A DNA stretch of 64,000 bases from an uncultured Rivularia sp. (lineage in GTDB: Bacteria; Cyanobacteriota; Cyanobacteriia; Cyanobacteriales; Nostocaceae): positions 7,616,001-7,680,000 of the forward strand of contig OY762007.1 in the NCBI GenBank assembly GCA_963665115.1, given 5' to 3'. A program made the position numbers and the translations under genes. Below the pieces are notes generated by a model, which saw only the letters and a program-made list of their open reading frames with translations, was not told the origin of the DNA and made no database searches. Positions 51,475-61,541 of the stretch are shown here, piece after piece (the first letter of the stretch is position 1; every line of letters begins with the position of its first letter).

Positions 51475-51687
51475 GACCGCAGAAAAATAAAGTTGAACGG
51501 GTGTTTCTACCGAAGCGATTCAATCGCTTTGACAATAAGACTTCTGACCGCACAATCTGTAAACATTGTGGGGGTTGTACTTTTTATTGTTATTAAATAA
51601 ACTGTGCGATTCCTTGTCAGTTTTTTTTGGTAATCTACATAGTCTCGTAAGGTCTGCTTATTCCCGTTTGCAGGACAATTATTGTGT

Positions 51688-52593
51688 ATGGCAAGCTCTT
51701 TTTCCTTTTTAACAACACCTTTAGATCTTCATTCCGATTTTCAAGTAGAGAATACACGTAATCAAACAGTAAATGATAGTCAAATAGACAAACCAACGGC
51801 TTTAAGCGTCTATTTATTGGAGCGAAGAATAGACTGTATGTCTATTTCCTCGATTGTGGAAGCAATTCATCAAGCTTGCAGAGAAAACAAGAAAATAACT
51901 GTGGCGAATTATAATATTCACAGTTTCAATTTATCCATGCAACTGCCTTGGTATTACGAATTTCTCCAAAGTGCAGAGATTGCTAATTGTGATAGTGTAG
52001 GAATATTAAAAGCAATCGGGTATATGGGATTAGATTTACCCTTAGATTACCGAACTTCCTATACGCTTTTAATGCCTAAAGTCTTAGAAAGCTGCGATCG
52101 CAAAAAGTATTCGGTGTTTTTATTGGGTGGAAAGCCCCAATATCTAGAAACTGCGATCAATAATTTACAGCTTAAGTATCCTAGAGTTAGTTTTGCCGGG
52201 CATCATGGATATTTTGATAAACAAGATCCGCAAGCAAATCAATCGGCTATTGAGAAAATCAATCAGTTTAGACCAAATGTTTTAATTGTGGGTATGGGAA
52301 TGCCGATTCAGGAATATTGGGTACATCAGCATCGTCATTCTTTGCAAGTAAATGTCATCATGCTGGGTGGAGCAATTATCGATCGGATGGCTGGAGTAGT
52401 ACCAGACTGTCCGCACATGATATCTGACGCAGGTTTTGAGTGGTTTTATCGCTTTTGTCGCGAACCGAAACGTTTAGCAGCTCGTTATTTGCTAGGAAAT
52501 CCGGCTTTTGCACTGCATATAGCTTTAGCAATGTTTCATAAAATGTCTTTACGAGTTGAATTAACACCGAAATTAGAAAATTTAGATTTATAG
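51688..52593 (+). CDS. WecB/TagA/CpsF glycosyltransferase (GT26)
   Basis: VFLLGG, HHGYF, VGMGMPIQE and EWFYRFCREPKRL..RY motifs. Confidence 0.92.
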   Translation: MASSFSFLTTPLDLHSDFQVENTRNQTVNDSQIDKPTALSVYLLERRIDCMSISSIVEAIHQACRENKKITVANYNIHSFNLSMQLPWYYEFLQSAEIANCDSVGILKAIGYMGLDLPLDYRTSYTLLMPKVLESCDRKKYSVFLLGGKPQYLETAINNLQLKYPRVSFAGHHGYFDKQDPQANQSAIEKINQFRPNVLIVGMGMPIQEYWVHQHRHSLQVNVIMLGGAIIDRMAGVVPDCPHMISDAGFEWFYRFCREPKRLAARYLLGNPAFALHIALAMFHKMSLRVELTPKLENLDL

Positions 52594-52730
52594 CAATAAA
52601 GGTTTGTAGTGGGAGCGTCTCGCTCCCTCGTTACGACGCGACTAGCGAGCAAGATGCATATTCCACACTGAGCCGCACTTCGTGAACGTTAACGCACTCC
52701 CGGATAACCCTCATAACTTATGTGGTGAAG

Positions 52731-53087
52731 TACTACTAGTCGATTGCATTAAATTTAACGGGTTCGTTTTTCCGGAAACTTTGGGAGACGTAGCACTGCT
52801 ACGTCTCTACATCCCATCGGAATTAATGTGGTGGAGTACTAGTAGTTGATTGCATAAATTCTGATGGGTGTATAGAAAAAATAAAAGATTATTCTACCCC
52901 CTCTACCCTCTCTTCCCCCTCTTCCCCCTCTTCCCCCTCCCCATCTTTACCCATTAAAACAAATGAAAAGGACTACTAGTCGATTGCATTAAATTTAACG
53001 GGTTCGTTTTTCCGGAAATTTTGGGAGACTACATCCCATCGGAATTAATGAAAAGGACTACTAGTCGATTGCATTAATTTTACGGGT
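52731..53087. repeat. Head-to-tail array of short inverted-repeat-bounded elements joined at ACTAGT
   Basis: ACTAGTCGATTGCATTAA recurs at about 52735, 52975 and 53060, with a variant at 52839. Units 1 and 3 are near identical apart from an 18-nt hairpin segment. Confidence 0.75.
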
Positions 53088-53190
53088 TAATAAAAGTTTG
53101 TAGTCAGAGTTTTAACTCTTGTCTATTTCCTACTCCCTATTTTTAATTTTTCTAAAAGTTAACAAGATTATTACTTCGATTGGTAAAATA

Positions 53191-54141
53191 ATGAAAATTT
53201 GTTATTTAATACAAAGTCATCAAAATTCAGAGCAAATTTATCGTTTAATCAAGACAATTCAAACATCCAAAACTGACAATCAAGTCATTATCAGTCATGA
53301 TTTTTCTAGTTGCAATTTAGATACAAATAGTTTAGAAAAGAATAGCGTTAAAGTTTTAAACGGAAAGGGAGGACGTGGAAATTTTTCGTCAGTTCAATCT
53401 TATTTAAATGCGATAAACTGGTTAGTTGAAAATCGGATCGAATATGATTGGTTAATTTACCTTTCCGGTCAAGATTATCCGATTAAACCAATCGCAGAAA
53501 TTGAGAATTTTTTATCAAAAACCGATTATGATGGCTTTATGGAATACTTTAATGTTTTTTCATTACTAAGTCATTGGAGTATACAAGAAGGTCAAAGCCG
53601 TTATTTATTTAGATACCGCTCGGTAAATTTTCTGAAAAGAATTCCAAATTGGTTAAAACAGTTATTTACACCAATAAAAATTATCAATTATTTACAGCCT
53701 TTCTTTAGAATAAATTTGGCGTATGAAATGTTTGGTATACGAAGGAAATCGTTATTTAATCAAGATTTTCTTTGCTATGGCGGTTCTTTTTTTACGACTT
53801 TATCCAGAAAATGTGTCGAGTATTTGCATACTTTTTGTCAAAAACATCCGGAAGCGATCGAATATTATCAGGAAGTATGCGTATCGGATGAATCTTTTCT
53901 ACAAACAATTTTAGTCAACAGTAGAAAATTTAATTTATGTAATGATAATAAGCTATACTTTGATTTCTCTAAAACTCAGAATGGGCGACCCAAAGTTTTA
54001 AGTATAAGTGATTATAATTCAATATTGCAAAGCGATGCTCATTTTGCAAGAAAGTTTGATATGGTTGAAGACCAAATAATTTTAGATATTTTAGACGAAA
54101 AAATTATGGTTCTTCCGCACTTGTTATCCGGCATTAAATAG
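53191..54141 (+). CDS. Beta-1,6-N-acetylglucosaminyltransferase-like protein (GT14, core-2/I-branching)
   Basis: ICYLIQSH, LSGQDYPIK, GGSFF.TLSR, DESFLQT and FARKFD motifs. Confidence 0.88.
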   Translation: MKICYLIQSHQNSEQIYRLIKTIQTSKTDNQVIISHDFSSCNLDTNSLEKNSVKVLNGKGGRGNFSSVQSYLNAINWLVENRIEYDWLIYLSGQDYPIKPIAEIENFLSKTDYDGFMEYFNVFSLLSHWSIQEGQSRYLFRYRSVNFLKRIPNWLKQLFTPIKIINYLQPFFRINLAYEMFGIRRKSLFNQDFLCYGGSFFTTLSRKCVEYLHTFCQKHPEAIEYYQEVCVSDESFLQTILVNSRKFNLCNDNKLYFDFSKTQNGRPKVLSISDYNSILQSDAHFARKFDMVEDQIILDILDEKIMVLPHLLSGIK

Positions 54142-54221
54142 TTGTAGAAGAGGGAACAGCGAAGACAAAATTTCCAACTCCCCATCACCAATTACCCATT
54201 ACCAATTCCCAACTACCAATC

Positions 54222-55184
54222 ATGCTCAAAATACCAAAAGTCAGCGTTATAGTCCCAGCTTATAACGTCAGCAAGTATATTCAAGAGGCTCTAATTTCTT
54301 TAGAAAAGCAAACATTTTCAGACTTTGAAGTATTAATAGTTGACGACGGTTCAACTGATGATACTGCGGCTGTAGTGCAAAAATTTACTCGGAGAGATTC
54401 TAGATTTAAGTTATTACAGAAAGCGAACGGAGGTTTATCTTCAGCCCGCAATTACGGTATCAGTCATGCACAAGGTGAATATATTGCTTTACTCGATGGC
54501 GATGATGTTTACCATAAAGATAAGTTAGCAACTCATGTAGCTCGATTGTATAGTCGAGCGGATGTTGGGGTAGTTTATAGCGCTTCGCGGACAATTCGCG
54601 ATGATGGTAAATCAACGTTTATTACTTTGAGCGGTAAACCAGTCTATCCAAATCCTCTACTAGCTTTACTGTGCAAAAACTTTGTCGGGCATGGTTCTAA
54701 TGCGGTGTTTCGTCGTTGTTTAATTTCCGAAGTCGGTGGGTTTAATGAAAGCTTGCGTAGTTGGGAAGATGTTGATTTGTGGTTGCGAATCGCTGCAACG
54801 CAAAAATGGGGGTTTTATCGCGAAAAACGGGTTCTATGCTACTATCGCGTGCGTCCCTCTGGATTATCTTTTAATATCGCCCAAATGGAGGATTGTGGCG
54901 AACGGGTTATCAAAGATGCTTATCAACGTTCTCCAGAAATTAAACCGATGTTACCGACTGCTTACGCTTATATGTATCGCTATCTGACTCGCTTGTCTCT
55001 TCAGGGTGGAGATATGGAAGCAGCACGTAAGTTTATTAGACAAGCTTTGATTTCTGACAAGTCGATTTTTTACCGTGATATCCGTTCTTTAGTGACTCTG
55101 ATATCAGTACGTTTGTCACCATTAGCAAAACTAGCCATCGGAAATTCCCTTGGTTTTGCAAAAACAGCAAAAGGTAAGCACTGA
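54222..55184 (+). CDS. Glycosyltransferase family 2
   Basis: VSVIVPAYN, VDDGSTD, LDGDD and EDVDLWLR motifs. Confidence 0.92.
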   Translation: MLKIPKVSVIVPAYNVSKYIQEALISLEKQTFSDFEVLIVDDGSTDDTAAVVQKFTRRDSRFKLLQKANGGLSSARNYGISHAQGEYIALLDGDDVYHKDKLATHVARLYSRADVGVVYSASRTIRDDGKSTFITLSGKPVYPNPLLALLCKNFVGHGSNAVFRRCLISEVGGFNESLRSWEDVDLWLRIAATQKWGFYREKRVLCYYRVRPSGLSFNIAQMEDCGERVIKDAYQRSPEIKPMLPTAYAYMYRYLTRLSLQGGDMEAARKFIRQALISDKSIFYRDIRSLVTLISVRLSPLAKLAIGNSLGFAKTAKGKH

Positions 55185-55186
55185 TA

Positions 55187-56617
55187 GTGAAAGCAATTGC
55201 AATTTTTAAAAATGGTCTATGGATTTCCTATGCTACATTTATCACCCGTATCTTCGCGTTCCTTAGTAGTTTAGTTTTAGCAAGACTATTACAACCATCT
55301 GATTTCGGAATCATCGGTATTGCCTATGTTTTCTGGTCTTTTTTCTCGTTATTTATCCAAGACACTGCGGGTGCTTTCATTATTTATAAGGGAATAGAAC
55401 ATCCTAAATATGTAAACACCGCTTATACTATCAGTTTGTTAGTTGGATTAGCTTTAGCATTAGGAGTAGCGGCTACATCCCCTTTGATTGCTAGTTTCTT
55501 TCAAGAACCAGCCTTAACATGGATACTAATAGCTTTTGCGTTCAATCTGATACTGTCTTCCGCTAGCTACGTTTATTCGAGCGTGATGACTCGACAGATG
55601 AAGTATCGAGGAATTGCAAATATTACTTTAGCTAACTCAATTACGCGATTGCTTTGCACTACGGGTGCTGCATTTTTAGGATTTAGTTACTGGTCTTTTG
55701 TAATTGGTGATACTGCATCTTGGATTGTGAATTGCGTTCTAACTCGATATTATTCCGGATATAAATTTCGCTTGCAAATTGATCCAGAAGTTAGATCGGA
55801 AGTTCAATCTTTCTATTTTGGTACTGTTGCTTCTAGCTTTGGTTTGTATACCAATTTCAACATTGATAATTTTGCTGTAGGAAAACTATTAGGTAGTGCA
55901 AGTCTCGGTTACTACAATCTTGCCTATCAATTAACAAATGCATTCTCAAGCATTGCTAATGCTGTATTTAATCAATTAGGAATGCCAGTTTTTGCTCAGT
56001 TATCGGATGATACACAACAACAAAATACTTTATTAAAAGTAGTAGAGCAAACGGCAATTTTAACGGCTGCGATTTGCACTTTAATTTTCTTGATAGCAGA
56101 TTCGCAGGTAGTTACTTTCGTTTTTGGAGAAAAGTGGCTGCCGATTGTCCAAGTAATTCCCGGTTTACTGATTTTTTCTTACTTCCGTATCATTAATTCT
56201 TCACTTTTTTCGATGTTAGTTGCTAAAGGTCGTCCCGATATCAATGCTAAAGTAAACTTACAAATTGCTCCGATTGCAGTAGGTAGTTTCATACTTGGTG
56301 CAAATCTAGGTGGAATAGTGGGAGTCAGTTTGGCTGTAGCAATAGTATTAGGAATTGGCTGGACTCTTTACTGGTGGTGGGCAGCTTGTCGAAACTTACA
56401 CTGGTCATTTCCTAAATTCATTACTCCTTGTTTTATCCCGATTTTGTTAATAATCCCAGGTTTAGTACTTTCAGTTAATTTACCTCTCTTTATTCGACCG
56501 ATCGCGTTTATTTCAATTTACTTAATTGCCATACGTATTTTTCAGCCTCAAATATTTTTACAATACAAAAGACGATTAAATCAATTGATTAGACGATTCG
56601 GCAAAATTTATGATTAG
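55187..56617 (+). CDS. wzx: Oligosaccharide flippase
   Basis: LARLLQPSDFG, DNFAVGKLLG..LGYYNLAY; many TM segments. Confidence 0.88.
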   Translation: MKAIAIFKNGLWISYATFITRIFAFLSSLVLARLLQPSDFGIIGIAYVFWSFFSLFIQDTAGAFIIYKGIEHPKYVNTAYTISLLVGLALALGVAATSPLIASFFQEPALTWILIAFAFNLILSSASYVYSSVMTRQMKYRGIANITLANSITRLLCTTGAAFLGFSYWSFVIGDTASWIVNCVLTRYYSGYKFRLQIDPEVRSEVQSFYFGTVASSFGLYTNFNIDNFAVGKLLGSASLGYYNLAYQLTNAFSSIANAVFNQLGMPVFAQLSDDTQQQNTLLKVVEQTAILTAAICTLIFLIADSQVVTFVFGEKWLPIVQVIPGLLIFSYFRIINSSLFSMLVAKGRPDINAKVNLQIAPIAVGSFILGANLGGIVGVSLAVAIVLGIGWTLYWWWAACRNLHWSFPKFITPCFIPILLIIPGLVLSVNLPLFIRPIAFISIYLIAIRIFQPQIFLQYKRRLNQLIRRFGKIYD

Positions 56618-56719
56618 TCGCAAAGGACGGGCAGGTATGTCCATCCTAGAAGAAATAAGAATGCATCGTCTTCTCACTGTTGCTCGTTGCCCATTCCCTA
56701 TTCCCTTAAAATAGTAAAA

Positions 56720-57706
56720 ATGATTAACAACTATACACCACTAATATCTGTAATTATTCCCGTATACAATGGAGAAAAAACAATTGGTGAAACAATTTAT
56801 TCGGTATTGAATCAAACTTATCAAAATCTAGAACTAATTGTAATTAATGATGGTTCTCTGGATTTGACATTAAATATAATTGCTAGTATCAAAGATAATC
56901 GTTTGCAGGTATTTTCCTATAAAAATGCCGGTGTTTGTATGAGTCGCAATCGTGGAATTGAACGAGCTTCCGGTCAGTTTATTTCCTTTTTAGATGCTGA
57001 CGATATTTGGACTCCAGATAAACTTGAAGCGCAATTAAAAGCTTTGCAAGCAAATCCTCAAGCCTCAGTTGCTTATAGCTGGGTTGACTACATAGATGAA
57101 TACGGTGAATTTTTCCGTCATGGTAATCATATAACTATTAATGGTAATGCTTACGAAAAAATGTTGATCCAAAACGTTTTAGAAAATGGCTCCAATCCCT
57201 TAATTCGTAGGCAAGCATTGATTAATATTGGTACTTTTAACCAGTCATTAACACTAGCTGAAGATTGGGATATGTGGCTGCGTTTAGCAAAGCGTTATGA
57301 TTTTGTTACCGTACCTTATCCTCATGTTTTATATCGGACTTCTTCGCGTTCGGTATCTACTAATGTTTTGCAAATGGAAAAATCCTGTTTGAAATTTATC
57401 GAACAAGCTTTTAATCGCGCTCCCGTATCGCTGCAATATTTAAAAAGAAAATCCCTTGCAAACCTTTATCATTATCTAACTTTTAAATCATTAGAATCTC
57501 CTTCGGGACAAAAAAACGCTTTTATTGCCATGCGATTTTTCGGAAATGTAATTCAGAATGATTTATCTGCGATTATGCAATGGCAAACCATCTCTAAAGT
57601 ATTATTCAAAATTTTGATGGTGCTTCTTCTCCCACCCCAACAATATAAAACATTGAAAATTAAACTTAAGAGATTTTTTGTGAAAAGAAACCCAGTGATG
57701 GGGTGA
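56720..57706 (+). CDS. Glycosyltransferase family 2
   Basis: ISVIIPVYN, INDGS, FLDADD and EDWDMWLR motifs; start taken at ATG 56720. Confidence 0.92.
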   Translation: MINNYTPLISVIIPVYNGEKTIGETIYSVLNQTYQNLELIVINDGSLDLTLNIIASIKDNRLQVFSYKNAGVCMSRNRGIERASGQFISFLDADDIWTPDKLEAQLKALQANPQASVAYSWVDYIDEYGEFFRHGNHITINGNAYEKMLIQNVLENGSNPLIRRQALINIGTFNQSLTLAEDWDMWLRLAKRYDFVTVPYPHVLYRTSSRSVSTNVLQMEKSCLKFIEQAFNRAPVSLQYLKRKSLANLYHYLTFKSLESPSGQKNAFIAMRFFGNVIQNDLSAIMQWQTISKVLFKILMVLLLPPQQYKTLKIKLKRFFVKRNPVMG

Positions 57707-57856
57707 TGGGTAATTGGGGATTGGGCATAGGGCATTGGGGATTGGGCATAGGTAATGGGTAATTATTCTTAATTCTTAATTCCTAACTACTAATCACTAA
57801 CTCCTAACTACTAACCACTAACCACTAACTACTAACTACTAACAACTAATTGATAA

Positions 57857-59002
57857 ATGTTTAATTTCGGTTTTATTGTAGAGCAGGCATTAGGACATAT
57901 TACCCACTATCAAAACTTAAGATACTGGGTAGATAAAGATACTAATATCAAACCAAGTTGGATGCCTGTGGGAGCAAGCACAAATGATGTTTGGGAGAAA
58001 TTGCCAGTTATTCGGAATAATTGGTCGCTGCAAGTTAGTCTGCGTACTCGTAAAGCGATAAAAGCAGCGATGGAATTACAAAAACCAGACGCATTATTTC
58101 TGCATACTCAGACATTAGCGCTGTTTGCTATTCCTTTAATGCATCGCATCCCAACGATAATTTCTACCGATGCGACTCCTTTTAACCTTGATAGTATTGC
58201 TACTGGCTACAACCATAAAGTAGGCGGTAATTATTTTGCTGAATATGGTAAATATCAATGGAATAAAAGTACGTATAATGCTGCTACTGCAATTGTGACA
58301 TGGTGCGAATGGGCTAAAAATTCGTTGGTTGATAACTATGGCATACCTGCCGAGAAAATCGCAGTAATTCCACCAGGTGTAGATTTAAAACAGTGGGATT
58401 TTAGACGCGAACATATAGAACCTGTTGCTAAAAATCCCTTACGATTATTGTTTGTAGGAGGAGATTTTGCTCGTAAAGGTGGTTATACACTTCTCGAAGC
58501 TTTTCTTAACGGTTTAGATCGGGATTTTACTTTAGATATAGTTACCAAAGATACCAGCCTCAAGCAAGAATTAACCGGAATCAACAACCTCCAGCTACAT
58601 TACGATTTAACTGCTAATAGCGAGCGTTTAAAACAACTTTACGCCCAAGCAGATATTTTTGTCTTCCCTACACAAGCAGATTGCTTACCCAGTGCAATTT
58701 CCGAAGCGATGGCCGCAGGTTTACCAGTTATTGCTACTAATGTTGGTGCTGTATGCGAGCAAGTAGAACATGGAGTTAACGGCTTAATTGTGCCACCTTC
58801 AGATGCTGCTGCCTTGGCGATCGCCCTGCAAACTCTCAAAAATAATCCAGAAAAAATAAGGGCTATGGCTGCTGCTAGTCGTCGGATAGCCGAAAAGCGT
58901 TTTGATGCTCAACGCAATTATGGTGAGATTCTCAACTTAATGAAAAGCATATCCCAAAAATCTGGGTCGCAATATAAAGCGGGGAATCTTTTCCATGTCT
59001 AA
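57857..59002 (+). CDS. Glycosyltransferase family 4
   Basis: LFVGG...RKGG, ADIFVFPT and EAMAAGLPVI motifs. Confidence 0.9.
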   Translation: MFNFGFIVEQALGHITHYQNLRYWVDKDTNIKPSWMPVGASTNDVWEKLPVIRNNWSLQVSLRTRKAIKAAMELQKPDALFLHTQTLALFAIPLMHRIPTIISTDATPFNLDSIATGYNHKVGGNYFAEYGKYQWNKSTYNAATAIVTWCEWAKNSLVDNYGIPAEKIAVIPPGVDLKQWDFRREHIEPVAKNPLRLLFVGGDFARKGGYTLLEAFLNGLDRDFTLDIVTKDTSLKQELTGINNLQLHYDLTANSERLKQLYAQADIFVFPTQADCLPSAISEAMAAGLPVIATNVGAVCEQVEHGVNGLIVPPSDAAALAIALQTLKNNPEKIRAMAAASRRIAEKRFDAQRNYGEILNLMKSISQKSGSQYKAGNLFHV

Positions 59003-60104
59003 ATCGCCCCCCGATATTGCCATCTTTCTTCGCTGTCTTTATAGCGGTGGTGCGGAAAGAGTAGTGTTGAATTTAGCTCGGGGTTTTGTAGAGCAAGGGC
59101 TGAAAGTTGACATGATACTTGCAAAAGCCTGTGGTTCTTTATTAGAACAATTGCCATCAGAAATTCGATTGATAGATTTAAAAGCAGAATCTAAGATTAG
59201 TATTCTACCTAAATTAATCAAATACTTGCGAGCAGAAAATCCTGCAAGTATGCTGGCAGCTTTGCATTATCCTTGCGAAATAGCCCTCTTAGCAAAACGC
59301 ATTGCTGGGGTACCAACCCGAATAGTCATATCCGAACACAATCATCTTTCGCTAGAAGCCAAACGCATTCCGCAATTTTCAGTACGTTTGACACCAATTG
59401 CGGCGAGACTTTTGTACCCGTGGGCTGATGGAATTGTCAGCGTTTCTCAAGGAGTCGCGGAAGATTTAGCCAAGGTGACTAAGCTACCTAAGAAGCGCAT
59501 CGATCTAATTTACAATCCAGTTATTACTCCCGAACTGTTTATTAAAGCACAAGACAAACTAAATAATCCGTGGTTTCAACCAGGAGAACCGCCAGTTATC
59601 CTAGCAGTAGGAAGATTGCATCAGCAAAAAGACTACCCTACTTTATTACGTGCATTTCTCAAAGTCCGACAATTGCGTAGATGTCGGTTAGTAATCTTAG
59701 GGGAAGGGCCTGAAAAAGAAAATTTAAACAATTTAATTTATGAATTGGACTTACAAGCAGATGTTGCAATGTTGGGTTTTGTGGATAATCCTTATGCTTA
59801 TATGGCTCATAGTGCAGCTTTCGTATTATCCTCTGCTTGGGAAGGTTTTGGTAACGTAATTGCAGAAGCCTTAGCAGTCGGAACACCAGTAGTATCAACA
59901 AATTGCGAAAGCGGCCCAGCCGAGATTTTAGCAAACGGAAAATATGGTGAATTAACCCCAGTCGGCGATGCAAAAGCTATGGCAGAAGCTATTTTAAGCA
60001 TACTCGCAGGCAATATCAAGCAAGTAGATCCGGACTGGCTAAATCAATTTAAATTAGAAACTTGCGCCGAAAAGTACTTAAAAGTATTAGCAGTGAGCAG
60101 TTAA
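58995..60104 (+). CDS. Glycosyltransferase family 4
   Basis: GGAERV, VGRL..QKD and EGFGNVIAEALAVG motifs. Confidence 0.92.
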   Translation: MSKSPPDIAIFLRCLYSGGAERVVLNLARGFVEQGLKVDMILAKACGSLLEQLPSEIRLIDLKAESKISILPKLIKYLRAENPASMLAALHYPCEIALLAKRIAGVPTRIVISEHNHLSLEAKRIPQFSVRLTPIAARLLYPWADGIVSVSQGVAEDLAKVTKLPKKRIDLIYNPVITPELFIKAQDKLNNPWFQPGEPPVILAVGRLHQQKDYPTLLRAFLKVRQLRRCRLVILGEGPEKENLNNLIYELDLQADVAMLGFVDNPYAYMAHSAAFVLSSAWEGFGNVIAEALAVGTPVVSTNCESGPAEILANGKYGELTPVGDAKAMAEAILSILAGNIKQVDPDWLNQFKLETCAEKYLKVLAVSS

Positions 60105-60146
60105 TATTTTTTCTCCCCCCTCCACCCCCTCTCCCTTCTCTTAAAA

Positions 60147-61505
60147 ATGTTCGCATTTAACCCACCAGCTAAAACCCGCAATCAAATTAATTCAAAATCC
60201 GAAGCCAAATCCGAAGCCGAACGGGTAATTTACTGGACAATTATTTTGACACCTCTTTGGTGGCTTTTGGGATTACAAACTATTGTTTATCCAGTTGTCA
60301 GCGGGTTTTTACTAATAGCTGGTTTGCGAGTAGATAAGCTGATTAAAAACTCTTTGCCATTTTGTAATTGGGCATGGTTGGGAATAACTTTTGCTGCACT
60401 TTGGACAAATATTGTCGGGTTAGAAACAATTGGTTTTGAGACTTTAAAAACAGCAGCGACATTATTCACTTTATTTAAAGGCTATTTTATGATATTTGCC
60501 TGTATGACTTTACCCTTTTGGCATCGCATTAGGGTACAAACCATTACACGGGCTGTATCGTTGATGGCAAGTAGCTATTCAATACTTTTAGCAATTCAAC
60601 TACTAATACTTTTTGGTTTAGGGCCACAAGAACATTTTTTACCACCTTTAGCTCGTTTAATTCCAGGTGAAAAAACCAGTTTGATGGTTAAGTTTGCTGA
60701 AATTCAACCGTTTTTCGGTATACCTTTACCAAGGACAGATCTTTATACGGCAGATCCTCCAATTTTAGGAGTTTGCAGTCTTTTATGTTTCTTCATATGC
60801 TTGAGCGAAACTAATAAAAACTGGCGAAAATTAGCTTTAACTGGGAGTTTTATTAGTCTAATAATTTCTCAAAGTCGTCTTGCTTGGCTATGTTTTCCGT
60901 TAGTTTGGCTAATTCTATATTGTTTCCGAAGTGGGTTGGCTCGCCAAGCTTATTTATGGGTAATATCTATTATTTCTTTATTTGCTGCTGCATTGAGTTT
61001 GACGATAAAAGATTTAATCGCTTCACCAATGGCCACTTTTAACAGCGCTCGTGCTGACTCATCAAAAGATCGAGAATATATTGTGAATGCAACTATAGAT
61101 GCATGGAAAGAATCCCCGTGGCTGGGATGGGGTTTTATGCAGGAAACCGCAAGCTGGGGAAATGGAGCTTTTGTACTGCCTTTAGGAACGTTTTCTTCTT
61201 ATGCCCAAGTGCTTTATATACACGGTATTTTCGGATTTATTTTCTTTATAAACGCGCTTATTTCAACATTGTGTAGTTTTTGGCAACCTGCTATCAAGGG
61301 AAACCAGCTTTGTCAGCGTGCATTCGGCAGTTTAATCGCCTTATATTTACTAATTCATGCCACTAATTTAACCTGGATGGCAATTCATTTCTGGTTCTTT
61401 TTCATTTGGTTGGGAGCGATTCTTTCGGAAGTACAACAACAACGATTAGATGTTACCGAATGGGAAGAGTTATTAGATCAAAGGTTAAAGGTAACTGATA
61501 ATTGA
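60147..61505 (+). CDS. wzy: O-antigen ligase/Wzy-like polymerase
   Basis: Polytopic membrane protein; SQSRLAW and SPWLGWG motifs. Confidence 0.75.
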   Translation: MFAFNPPAKTRNQINSKSEAKSEAERVIYWTIILTPLWWLLGLQTIVYPVVSGFLLIAGLRVDKLIKNSLPFCNWAWLGITFAALWTNIVGLETIGFETLKTAATLFTLFKGYFMIFACMTLPFWHRIRVQTITRAVSLMASSYSILLAIQLLILFGLGPQEHFLPPLARLIPGEKTSLMVKFAEIQPFFGIPLPRTDLYTADPPILGVCSLLCFFICLSETNKNWRKLALTGSFISLIISQSRLAWLCFPLVWLILYCFRSGLARQAYLWVISIISLFAAALSLTIKDLIASPMATFNSARADSSKDREYIVNATIDAWKESPWLGWGFMQETASWGNGAFVLPLGTFSSYAQVLYIHGIFGFIFFINALISTLCSFWQPAIKGNQLCQRAFGSLIALYLLIHATNLTWMAIHFWFFFIWLGAILSEVQQQRLDVTEWEELLDQRLKVTDN

Positions 61506-61541
61506 TAATTGACAATTGATAATTGATAACTGACTAATATT

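Noticed and set aside
52771..53016. TCCGGA (heterocyst DIF1-like motif) occurring twice
   Set aside because: Both lie within duplicated repeat units and have no supporting promoter context.
52731..53087. Possible CRISPR array (recurring ~28-nt sequence with intervening segments)
   Set aside because: The intervening segments are unequal in length and two are near-identical, the units have inverted ends, and no cas genes are present.
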